Source: Spirogloea muscicola
Taxonomy: Eukaryota
Assembly: GCA_009602725.1 (NCBI GenBank)
Contig: WELB01000026.1
Location: forward strand, 729,677 to 792,600
Length of the DNA stretch: 62,924 nt
Direction: 5' to 3'
Under the pieces are notes generated by a model, which was not told where the DNA came from, searched no databases, and worked only from the letters and a program-made list of their open reading frames with translations. A program made the translations under genes and the position numbers. This document shows, piece by piece, positions 51,756 through 62,924 of this stretch (positions within the stretch are counted from its first letter, which is position 1; each line of letters opens with the position of its first letter).

Positions 51756-52681
51756 NNNNNNNNNNNNNNNNNNNNNNNNNNNNNNNNNNNNNNNNNNNNN
51801 NNNNNNNNNNNNNNNNNNNNNNNNNNNNNNNNNNNNNNNNNNNNNNNNNNNNNNNNNNNNNNNNNNNNNNNNNNNNNNNNNNNNNNNNNNNNNNNNNNNN
51901 NNNNNNNNNNNNNNNNNNNNNNNNNNNNNNNNNNNNNNNNNNNNNNNNNNNNNNNNNNNNNNNNNNNNNNNNNNNNNNNNNNNNNNNNNNNNNNNNNNNN
52001 NNNNNNNNNNNNNNNNNNNNNNNNNNNNNNNNNNNNNNNNNNNNNNNNNNNNNNNNNNNNNNNNNNNNNNNNNNNNNNNNNNNNNNNNNNNNNNNNNNNN
52101 NNNNNNNNNNNNNNNNNNNNNNNNNNNNNNNNNNNNNNNNNNNNNNNNNNNNNNNNNNNNNNNNNNNNNNNNNNNNNNNNNNNNNNNNNNNNNNNNNNNN
52201 NNNNNNNNNNNNNNNNNNNNNNNNNNNNNNNNNNNNNNNNNNNNNNNNNNNNNNNNNNNNNNNNNNNNNNNNNNNNNNNNNNNNNNNNNNNNNNNNNNNN
52301 NNNNNNNNNNNNNNNNNNNNNNNNNNNNNNNNNNNNNNNNNNNNNNNNNNNNNNNNNNNNNNNNNNNNNNNNNNNNNNNNNNNNNNNNNNNNNNNNNNNN
52401 NNNNNNNNNNNNNNNNNNNNNNNNNNNNNNNNNNNNNNNNNNNNNNNNNNNNNNNNNNNNNNNNNNNNNNNNNNNNNNNNNNNNNNNNNNNNNNNNNNNN
52501 NNNNNNNNNNNNNNNNNNNNNNNNNNNNNNNNNNNNNNNNNNNNNNNNNNNNNNNNNNNNNNNNNNNNNNNNNNNNNNNNNNNNNNNNNNNNNNNNNNNN
52601 NNNNNNNNNNNNNNNNNNNNNNNNNNNNNNNNNNNNNNNNNNNNNNNNNNNNNNNNNNNNNNNNNNNNNNNNNNNNNNNNN
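51756..52681. other. Assembly gap (N run) covering the RH7/MutS2 divergent promoter and both start codons
   Basis: Ns at 51756-52681. Confidence 0.99.
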
Positions 52682-55600
52682 GCTTGGCGGCGAGCACGCC
52701 GGCTCGGCGGCTCTTGACGCGCTGCGCGTGCTGGAGTGGCCGCGCCTGGGCGCCGCCGTCGCCGCGTTCGCGTCCACGGGGATGGGCCGCGACCTCGCGC
52801 GGGTGAGCGGCACGGCCCGGCTCCGAGCTCGCAGCCTAGGCTTAGGGTTTGCTCCGGGGATCGGAATCTGGATCGCCTCGCAGGCTGCAGACTGAGTTGG
52901 CGGCATGAGCTGCGGCGGCAGCCATGAGTCCTTGCTGGGCAATTGTACCTAAACCCTGTGCCCCTTAATTTCCTTGATCCCAAACCACAAACCTAAAGTA
53001 AACCTTGACGCTCAAACAGTCCCTGCCGGTGGGCTCAGCACGGCGTGGGGGCCATTGCCCGCTGCGGTGGCCATCGCCGCTGCTTAAGAGGCACCTCCTT
53101 TGAGAAGTTCAGGGTTTAGGATTCAAGGGCTTTAGCATTTAGCTAGCTGCTGACGGCCGGCACATAGAACGAGCCACGTAGCTGGCGCCTCACCTGCCGG
53201 GAGGCCGTTGGCGAGAGAATGGCTTTCTTACCGCTCCCCTTTGCAGGCCTTGCCGCTGGCCGCGACCCAAGAGGACAGCGAGGCTCTGCTGGCCGAGACG
53301 CAGGCAGCGCAGAACATTGAGTCCCACCTCGGCGGCTCGCTGGACTTCAGCGGCATCCAAACCAGTCTGGTGAACTGCTTTGCCAGCGCCTGCCCCCAGC
53401 CGCACTAATGGCCGGTCCATGACTGAGGTTTTGAACAATGTCAGAAATTGAAGCCAGAGTTACAACCATAACGACCGCTAGGGTCTGTTACTGAAGGTGG
53501 GCAGCCACTCCATCTACAAGTACCACTACTGTTACTGAACCAGTGCGCGCTTTATGCTCTAAATGATCAGAGCTTCCTAGACCTTGCCACTGTCTTCTCA
53601 TCTGCACTTCATTAGTTGCAGTCTCTCCTGCTGCATCTGCAATTTTGCTGCATGCCATTGCAGGGGTGCTCATGCATCAGCTACAGGTGTTCTCAATTGT
53701 GAAGCCATCAAAGTTGGCGGTCATTGAATGTCTGACTCGGCTCTGAGCAGCTTGAGTGAAGTCTCTTGCCCTGTTGTCGTCAGTTGAGCTCGGCGTGTAT
53801 GGCACGTGTTTGGCCAATGCTTCTTGCCTCCAAAGCCAATTGCTCGTCAGTCAGCACCAACGCTTGTTTGCTGTCCTGAGTACAGGTCAGAGGGGCCCTT
53901 GGGAGGATCAGCAGCGGCGTGGCTGTCAGCGGGCCCCAGGCCTGGGCGGTCGCGAGCTGCCTGCAGGCGGCTCTTGCGCTGCGCAAGGCCATCTCGGCTA
54001 CTGCAGCCAACGAGAAAAATGCAGCTACTGCCGCGGCCCTCTTCCCGCTGATCGAGATGGTGGGTGTAGCTATCGAGGCTCTCAGACCACCTTGTGCTCC
54101 TTGCAACTTTCGAGCATTACACTAGCTAAGTACAGGCAATTCGTGGTCTAGGCTTAGGGCGTCCTTAATTTACGACCCCCTTTCACCGCTGTTTGTGAAG
54201 ACGCGGTGCTTATAGTCTGTAAGCAAAGGGCGTGGTTGTTGTCTCACAGGTTACGCCGATGGCCACCCACCCGGAGCTAGTCAAGGTCATCCTGGACATA
54301 GTGGAGGATGATGGTGTCGTCAAGGACACGGCTGTAAGTCCGCTCTCCTATGGCACTTTTGCTTAGTATTGAAGCGTGGCACCTTCTTTGCGTTCTCTAC
54401 GGCATTACAGGTATGAGCTTAGAGCTCTTGTTGCTGAAGTGAAACGTGCAGATAGGGATTGGATCAATGTTTCAAGGGTGTGCACTTTGGCAGAGCCCGG
54501 AGCTGCGGAAGGCGCGGGTGCAAGTCCGCACCATCAAGTCCAGAGTAAGGGCCACGCTCCTGTGCCTTGACACCAGGTCGTAGCCTATGATTGTATATCA
54601 TACGTATGCATGAGGTGACGCGTTGTCTAGTTATCAAAACTGGTGCAGATATTCGCGATACAAGCCATGCAGCACATAAACTTACAAACTCGCAGATGCA
54701 GCCCAGCAGTGCTGCCGCTTGAGTTGACGTGCGAAAGATTGTGCTGCCGCTCTGCTGCAGTTGCAGGACTTGCTCAACCGCATCACAAGGAGTGACGCGG
54801 GTTCGGGAGTGCAGGTGCGTTGCAAAGATCTGGTCTCAGAGGGAGTGAATGCAAGTAAACGACTGGCGCTGTGCACATTGCAATAAGACACAATCTAGAT
54901 CTGGTCAATGCGCTAGCGTCTAGCAATGCAGGCTGAACACATTACGATGGCGTTCAGGTTGGTGAAGCTGTCGCAAGTATTACCAGCTGGATGATCTGAG
55001 GACTTGCCAATGTTGCACGCCAGCCTCAACAGACTGGGTGACCTAGGTTGCTTTGATCCCTGCGAGCAGAAACTGGTGGAGCTCGCCGGTCGCATGTGCG
55101 TCGTCGTGGCTGCAGAGACAAGAACCTCCGTGCCTGGCCTCCTGCTGCAGAGGTCCGGTTGATTGTTTACCAATCTGCCGCTAATATTTAAGGAGCGGCC
55201 TCTTGCCATCTTCTTTCTCATATGTTTTCATCTTTACTTGGTAGGACTTTTATGGCACTATGATGTCTGAAAGTATACGTCTTTCGTGGGCTCCTTTACA
55301 AGCTGTGAACAGCGGGGCAGGGGGAGTTTCCATGTACATTGAGCCAACAGCAGCTGTGCCTCTGAACAACGAGCTGGCGAGTGCCAAGGAGGATGAGTCA
55401 AAGTCTGAGCTTGCAGTGCTTGACGCTCTCAGCCACAAGGTACTCAGCAACTCGGCTGTGGCAGTTTACTTGTCTGCTACTACCTGCTACCTGGGGCGTA
55501 ATCCTGTAATCTGCTCTTGCTCGACCTTGATTGAGCAGTGTGACCTTGTGGTCCTTAGTGAGTGGACAATCAACAGGAACTCAGAGGCGCATTTCGTGGC

Positions 55601-58600
55601 TTGCCCATGGTGCTTCTGCCGTCCTTGTTTCCAGCTGCGGAAAGACATTGACGACGTCCAGTTTGTCCTTGACACTGTTGTCAAAGTCGACGTGGTAAGT
55701 TGAGCAACCTCAGCCTGATTGGTTCTCACATACTCACAGGCTTGCTCTTGGTTGCAGCATGCACTCTGTCGTGAAGGCTTCTTGCCCAAGATCGTATGCA
55801 TAATTTTGATATTGTGGCGCAAACACTTAGGCACTACAGCCAGCTTATGCGGATTCTTGTTGTCACAGGTGGTAGCAAGGGCGAGGTACAGCTCGTGGCT
55901 GGGTGCGACGAGGCCAAGGTTCTCAGCAGTGGAGATGCTGGATAGCCAAGGCAAGGACGGACTTGTGGTCGACTTGCGGCGACTCCGGCACCCCCTCCTC
56001 TTGCAGCAGCATCGAGAAAACCTGCACAAGGCGAAAGAGAGGGCCGCCGCCAAAGCCAAGGTGGTGCTAGAGAATAATTCTGACGTCTGTCAATCAGTGA
56101 CTCTGATAAGCAAAGGCACTTTGGTTGTTGCCGTCTCCTTCACTTTCTAGCTACTTTACAACGATCTGATTCGGCATTTTTCTGTGATCTGCATCTTAAA
56201 GATTTGACTTTGCGTGCAAGTGGCTGGCAGTCGTCGTGTTTTGTTATCATGACTGATCTTCACATGCTTGATAACTTCATATGTTGTGATTATCATCCAA
56301 TGCCCACCTTATGCGGAGATCAAATATCATCTGATTTGTTACCTTCTGTTGACACTGAATGGCTTATAACCAAGAAACATGACAACCAATGCAGCGCATC
56401 TACATGAGACGAGGCTATATAGAAAAGTATTGTGCTACCGTCCTTATTGAGTTTGTCAAAAGTGGACAGGGTCTTAGTATTCAGAAAGGCCACATTCCAG
56501 CAACCTCCTGGTGCTTTCTCGTGGAAAGTATTGCAGCCTCGTTCACATCATACCTGGTGGATGTTAATTGTACAGGCGGCCTCAAGAGCTCGAGCCCGGG
56601 TTGGGGGAGAGGCTGCACTCGCACAGGCAGTGGCTGCAAGTGAAGCGGCACAAGCAGAGGTGACTTTGCAATCTTTCCTTGCCGTGGACAAGCGATATCC
56701 ATGTAGTGCAGGTCATGCATGATATGCAGCTTGCATCTTCTACCGGAACCCTTCATTAAGTCTTTAATTGGGACCTTTTATGAAGGCTTGCAGTTTGCGC
56801 TGACAAGAGAGGTCTCTTAGGAGGACTGATTGCTCTTGTCTGAGACAAGAGAGGAGCTTGTTTGGATACGGGCAACACTCTGGCTTCTACTTAGCTTCTG
56901 ATGACCACATATCAATCAGGTGGAAATTGTGGGAGCACAGACTCCAGTACCGATTGACATCTGCGTCAAGTCGCAGACGAAAGTGGTGGCCATCACTGGG
57001 CCAAACACTGGGGGAAAGACCGCAGCTATCAAGACGTTGGGCCTTGCTGCGCTGATGGCCAAGGCAGGTAGTAGCTCAGGTTGCAGGTCCAGGACACCAA
57101 CTTGCAGGGTTGTTGAGCAGGCACAGTGGGGCTAAGGAATTGCTTGCACTGGCTAATATGCTGACATTGAAATAGTGAAATACACCAAATGTGCTTTATA
57201 CATAACCATGTCCTATACCTCCTCCTGACTGCTGGAAGACTCCTCAGGCCTGTACGTGCTGGCGGCCGAGCCAGCCCGCCTGCCGTGGTTCGACCTTGTC
57301 CTGGCCGACATTGGAGACGAGCAATCTCTCACGCAGTCCCTCTCCACCTTTTCAAGCCACATACGCCGTATCAAAGTGAGCTCAAAAAGGATGCCAAGCA
57401 CCTCGATTCAGTGGGCTTTGGAGGCACTAAGTGTGTAGGAGTCAGTCAAACTCAACATTCCTTTTGCCTCGCATCTTGCCCATCTTCATGTAAAGACTAG
57501 GGCTACTACGGAAGCAAAAGGACACAGGTTTGCATCCGGGCCAGGGCTTTTATCCTCAGTTTATGGAAACGTCTGTCCATGCAGATGATAAAAGCAGAGT
57601 CAACGGTGCGGTCGCTTGTCCTTCTAGATGAGGTAATCAACAAAAGCGCCTGGCGCCCACTTGTCATCTGCTTGACAAGCACGTTACCAATGTTGCTGGG
57701 AGGCTGGAGCGTAGCATAAGCCTCGTCATGCCTGCGTTTGGCTCGTCATCGGCAGGTGGGCACCGGGACAGACCCTGTTGAGGGAGCCGCGTTGGGGATG
57801 GCGCTCCTCGAGTCCTTTGCAGACAGCTCTCTCCTCACGCTGGCCACCACACACCACGGCGAGATCAAGATTCTGAAGTACAGGTTGATGCTATGCCTTG
57901 TCAACTTGAAGATGGGTCAGCAGATGGCCTTATCTATTGGACGCAGTGAGAGACGATGTTGACATTGCATCTATGCTTGAAGTGCTTGGACTCACAAGTG
58001 TGAGGCACTGCCCTGGGCATGCGGTTGGGGACAGCGACCCCCGATTCGAGAACGCGTCTGTGGCCTTTGACGAGGAACGGCTGCAACCCACATTCCGCCT
58101 GCTCTGGGGCATCCCAGGTAACCCCTCAGCCCTAGACCGTGCGTATACTCCTGCTCCACGTCAGTGACGTACCTTCTCAAGCATGTCACTGATGACATGA
58201 CGCGCTACTTTGCGGTGTTCCTGTAGGATGTTCAAGGTCGTCTTTTATACCTATCTTATGAGGAGCCATCTTGATGCTCAAGCACAATTTGCTATAGCCT
58301 TACAATGTTCAGTCGTGCAATTACTGCTCTATTGGCTGTCTCTGCGTGCATGTTCTGATGGAATTATATGAAGATTGTTCGTTTCTGTCCTGTTTGCAAA
58401 CAGGTCGCTCCAACGCCCTCAACATCGCAGGAAGGCTGGGCCTTCCCAGTCACATTGTTCAGGACGCTCGTGTGATACATGGCGCTGCTAGCGTGGAGGT
58501 TAACGAGGTAAGACTACACTCAGATGACGTCATGGATTGCCATCATAGTAATAAGCACGCCATCCGTGCTCTTGCTGCACTCAGAGAAGTCATATGCAGT

Positions 58601-60270
58601 GCTACTGCCTTCATGTTGTTCATTATTGCACATGTTATGGTCTATTGACATTGAAGTGGGCTATATATATCTGATCCACAACTTGGACATGCCTTTTCCC
58701 CAGGCAATCATGGGCATGGAGGAGGCCAGGGCCAGGTATGACAGCAGCACTGAGGAAGCGGAGCAACTCCTCAGGTTTGTGCACGCTCCACAACCTGGCG
58801 GCAGCAATCAAGCAGTTTCATGACACGTCCATCCGTGCAGCATCTATGCAGCATCCATCAGTTCTGCTTTTTGGGCTTAAGGTCACCAGCTGCTAGATGC
58901 AGGCACCAAAAGACTGATCAGAGAAGCATGCACAAATTCGGGTCTCTTCTGAGAACACGTATTCGCTTCTCTGAGCAGAGAGGCGGAGGCGATGCACCAG
59001 GAGCTGGTGGCAGCGGCAGCAAGGCTGCAGCAGCAGGAGGCACGGCTCCTCTTCGAAAGGGCGGACTTGGTGGCCGCCGCTGCTGCAGAGGCCCGCTCCC
59101 GGCTGGGGTCCATCTTGCGGGAGGCCCAGGTGGCTCAGTTGGGGAGCGGCAGCGCCAGCTCCGGCACGACCGCTGAGTCTCGTCTAACGCGAGCTGATCA
59201 AGTGGAAGTGGCACTCAGCGGGGGCGGCGCCGCAAATGGCCACGCTGGCGGGATGGAGGATGTGGGCGCGCCTCCTGGCGACTCTGGGGCTCGTCCTGCC
59301 GAGACATCGGCCAAAGAGTCTGCAGGCGGCAGTAAGCCCACTGCAGGCCTTTGCAGTGATGGTGGTCTCAGACAGTCTGCTCATGACAGGACACAGCAAT
59401 GCAGGTCAATCAGTAACAATGTACACAGAACCCACGCCATATATCTCGTGTTGAGTGCGTTTTGTTATGCGCTTCTCTTCTGTGCTATTATTTATGGTCA
59501 GTTACACATTCTAGGTACAGCTCAGCACCCACATCCAAGAGACAGTCCTCTTGGAGTGCTTCAAATTTGTCAGACGGAATGCTTTTGTATGCATGTCGTT
59601 ACCATTGTCTCAGATTGATATTGCATACAATGCTACTTTTCAGTGTCCTCTGTTCCTGTATCCTGCGGCAGGAGGATCCGGCGCTCCAGCGGCTGCGCTT
59701 CCCACAGAGCATGCATTTGCTGTTGGCGACAAGGTCTTCATCGCCAAGCTGAATGCTGTTGCTGAGGTGGTAGGTATCAATGCTGCACGCCGGCAGCTGA
59801 CCGTCCAGGCGGGCCCATTGCAGCTCAAGGTCAACTTTGCAGAGACGATGGTGATTGCGCCGGGCTCCGATGCAGCTGCCCTGAGACAGCAAGACGACAA
59901 GACTGGCCTTGCTGGTGAAGACGATCAGCGGCCAAGGACGGGCGCAGGAGGAGGGTGGCAGGCCAGGCGCGGTGGAGGCCGAGCGGCTTCAGCAGCACAG
60001 CGTCTGCCAGAGAAGACGGCCGACAACACAGTTGACGTCCGCGGAATGTACGCCGAGGACGCGCAAGAAGAGGTAGGCCGGGAGCTGGCGCGCCTGCGGC
60101 GGCAGGGTGAGGCTGCGGCGTACATTGTCCACGGTGTCGGCAGCGGCAAGCTCCGTGCGGTGCTCCAGCCATACATGCGTATGCACAGCGACGTGCGCAG
60201 CGTCGAGCCTGCGCCAGCCTCGTACGGCGGCGAGGGCACCACCATTGCCCATCTATTGCAGATTGCATAG
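52682..60270 (+). CDS. MUTS2: MutS2 family protein (plastid type) with ATPase, coiled coil, KOW-like and Smr domains; start in gap
   Basis: Motifs [52 protein letters not shown] (Walker A), [94 protein letters not shown] and [24 protein letters not shown]. Stop at 60268-60270. Confidence 0.95.
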
Positions 60271-60931
60271 CGAGGGACTTTTCATGATTGGGTGAGGTCC
60301 CATGATTGACAGAATGCGGGCTGAGGAGTGCATGTCCATTGCATCATGACTTGCTGCTCCCAACTGCAGCCAACCTTTGCTGGCATCATGTAGCCCACTA
60401 GTTTAATGAACACGCCAGCCTAAGTTAGCACCTCAACAACTTTTGCTGCTGTTTGCGTACCATGTCATTGCACAGCATTGGCTTCGGCAGGAGGCACAAG
60501 CTGCAGACTTGCTCACATTGAGCTTATTCCATTATATTCTCCTCCTCATTGCCTGCCCCCTACGCCCCCTTAGGTGTTGACAGCTTGGAGGTCAAGCTGT
60601 TGAAACCTAACCCGTCCATGGTCCCAAATTGCTTTTTGTTGCTGACATATTCCTGTGTCTTTGCACATATTCCAAAATACTTGACCTCGTGCAAGGAGTG
60701 GAATTGAAAGCTGACATAAGAAAGACTGCTCTTTGTGTATGCATGCGAGGCATGATTTAACCAGCACAGGATCAATGCTTTGTGGAATTGAACGATTAAC
60801 AACCAACATTTAACACTTAACGAGCCTTTACCAACATAGCTCCACAGTGGTGGGAGAACCTCCAAGTGAGTTGAAGCAATGTGACAAGTTGGGCATGAAT
60901 GCGTCACAAACTTGGTTGCAGAGCTTGATCA

Positions 60932-62924
60932 TCACCACATGAAGCGCTGCTTTATGCCAGGCTCGTGGGGCCACTCGAATGGCCGCCATAGGAAGACATA
61001 CAGTATGGTGATATTGACGGCCGAATACAGTGGCAGGAGGAATGCTAGGCTCGCCGCGGACCCCAGCTCTGGCGTGTGGAGCATCAGGATGAAGAAGGGC
61101 ACAGTGAAATAGCGTAGTTCCACAAGAGGCGCCGGGGCAAGGACCGCAACGACTGCCCCTGTAAATGCTGCTGCCTGGAGGCCGCCCATCTGCTCAACTG
61201 ACGCAGGATGGGGCCTCACCACACGTCAGGTCGTCAGGTCAGATATGCATAACGATTGCAGAGTGTGCAATGCAGGCAGTCTGCATGCAAGGGCTGTGAA
61301 ATCTGCAGCTGACAGAGTGCTTGCACTTGCTCACCGGCTTTGTCGGCGAGGGAATAAGCACAGTACAGGTAGAGCGGGATGAGAAGGTACTTGGCGGCGC
61401 TGTGACGCTGGATGACGTCCTTCCACAGATAGAACGTGTAGTGCCGGTTGTCTGCCAGCAGGTACGGGTGCGCCAGGCTGTGAAAATGGAGCAAGAAAGG
61501 AGATCAGCTGGTGCTGTCAACGAGGCCGGTACCGTGCATCAACACACAGAGAATTGGCTCGAGGCAAGGCAACAGTGACTGGGCTAAGCGCAGAGAAATG
61601 TCGGCTTTGTAATCAGGAGACGAACCCCGAGGGACCACATAATTATCTTATTAGCTGGTATTATGCATACATCATAGCTGCAACTGCAGAAGGTCAGTAG
61701 GCGGGAGCAAGGCAAGCCTTGTTCGTGACCGTGCCCACTAATCGCTGAGCAGATTTGTGACCTTTGCAAGACAGTCAACACAACAAAATATACAACATGA
61801 CCTATGGGCAAGAGATTCTTGATTCAAGGAACGCATTTGGCATTGAGGGCTCATGACATGGGGCTCACGCATCAACCTATAACTGTGGACGGCGATGAAC
61901 GAAAGCACGACAGCAAGGGCCGCAACAGCAGAGGTGGCCAGTGGCGATGTTGTGAGCTGTTTGCGGAGCTTTGCTAGGAGGCCCACGGCGCGCTGAGGGT
62001 GGAAGTGGACTGGGGCCATAGCACCCGCAGCAAAGGCCGCAAAGTAGAAGGGCTGCGCAAGGTGCGGCGCAGGCCGGTGGGCATCCTTGGCGCCTGCTCC
62101 ATCATTTCAGGTGGAGCAGCAAGCAGGAGATCTCAGTAAACCTGGATTCGGTTACAAGAGTCACAAGGTGTACAACTTAGGTGACGGAGTAGGTGGTGTC
62201 GGGGTCTAGCGACTTAGTGTTTGGGGTTTGACGATAACGGTCAAGCTTATGACATACTTAAATGGCGTGCAGCGGAGCGCGAGGCGGCTCGGCGTAGCCT
62301 GGCAACGCCCACAAAAGCAGGCAGCTCAGAGAGGGCGCGACCTACGACAATGCCGCCGTTGGAGTAGACGAACGCGGCGAACGACGCGATGACTGCCGCG
62401 AGGGGGCCGAGCGCGTAGAGGAGCTGAAGCCGCCGGTCCCATGCGCGATGGACGAGGACGGCCAAGCTAGGCGCCGGTCCCCTTCCTGCAAGCGCCTCAT
62501 GTTTAGAGTTTAGGGTTTAGGTTTTGGGGTCTAGACCTAGGGGTTTGGATTTAAGGGGTTAGGGTTAGGTTTTACTCACGCTCACTTGGGAGCGGGACCC
62601 CGAGCATGTCCAGAGCGGCGACAGCGAGGGCGAACGCTGCCCACACGGCGTTCGTCTGGCGGCACAGCACCGCGGCGGCTGCAAGCTGCCAGCGGGGCCC
62701 AACTGGCCGCCTGCGTCAGCGGCGAGCACAGAAGCGGAGCTGTGGCCGCCGAGGCGGCGCCGGCGATCCACGACGGCGGCGCGGCCGTGGCCGCTCACCG
62801 CAGCGCAGGCCCAGTAGCGGCGGCGGAGGCAGGCGAGGTACATGGCGGCGGCGGCGGCGGTGGCGGCGGCGTCGGTGTAGAAGAGGAGGGAGAAGAACCA
62901 GTGGGTGGGGAGGAGGGCGAGCGC
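60932..62924 (-). CDS. ALG10: Dol-P-Glc:Glc2Man9GlcNAc2-PP-Dol alpha-1,2-glucosyltransferase (ALG10/DIE2), 5' partial
   Basis: Motifs LLPTHWFFSLLFYTD, RQTNAVWAAF, FVYSNGGIVVG|AKDAHRPAPHLAQPFYF, HPYLLADNRHYTFYLWK, APLVELRYFTVPF and FLWRPFEWPHEPGIKQRFMW followed by stop. Confidence 0.94.
62501..62573. repeat. Degenerate interstitial telomere-like array in an ALG10 intron
   Basis: GTTTAGAGTTTAGGGTTTAGGTTTTGGGG...TTTAAGGGGTTAGGGTTAGGTTTT. Confidence 0.75.

Noticed and set aside
51122..52983. 500+ aa ORFs spanning N gaps (also 7257-8835)
   Set aside because: Their length comes from translating Ns; only the flanking exons are real.
57061..57070. Apparent GC donor in MutS2 (AAG|GCAGGT)
   Set aside because: The canonical GT at 57068 gives the expected MAKAG|LYV frame.

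Overview
This is GC-rich, intron-dense eukaryotic nuclear DNA from a green plant lineage. It is most consistent with a streptophyte alga (PnsB1, UspA-kinase-U-box genes, TTTAGGG-type repeats); the taxon is an inference. Eleven spliced protein-coding genes are recognisable: a PPR protein (+, 5' partial), PNSB1/NDF1 (-), ATP-dependent phosphofructokinase (+), a RAD6/UBC2-type E2 (+), two tandem UspA-coiled-coil-kinase-U-box genes (-; the left copy has a 1-bp frameshift in exon 1), a CPL3-like CTD phosphatase (-), a pRiA4b-ORF3-like protein with a Cys-rich tail (+), a DEAD-box helicase RH7/DDX21 (-), plastid-type MutS2 with KOW and Smr domains (+) and ALG10 (-, 5' partial). Three intergenic tracts (about 14.3-15.1, 22.3-25.5 and 32.3-34.8 kb) are stacks of 5'-truncated CRE-like non-LTR retrotransposon 3' ends carrying a restriction-like endonuclease. 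They share a conserved 3' stem-loop, lack poly(A) tails and repeatedly sit antisense within or next to each other; one nested insertion has a 7-bp target-site duplication. Degenerate telomere repeats and two tRNA 3'-half fragments lie in introns. Two N-gaps and two poly-T runs hide several start codons. The most novel-looking items are the bacterial-type pRiA4b-ORF3 gene and the apparently self-targeting CRE-like family. All family assignments are by eye from motifs, with no database search, and exon boundaries are manual.
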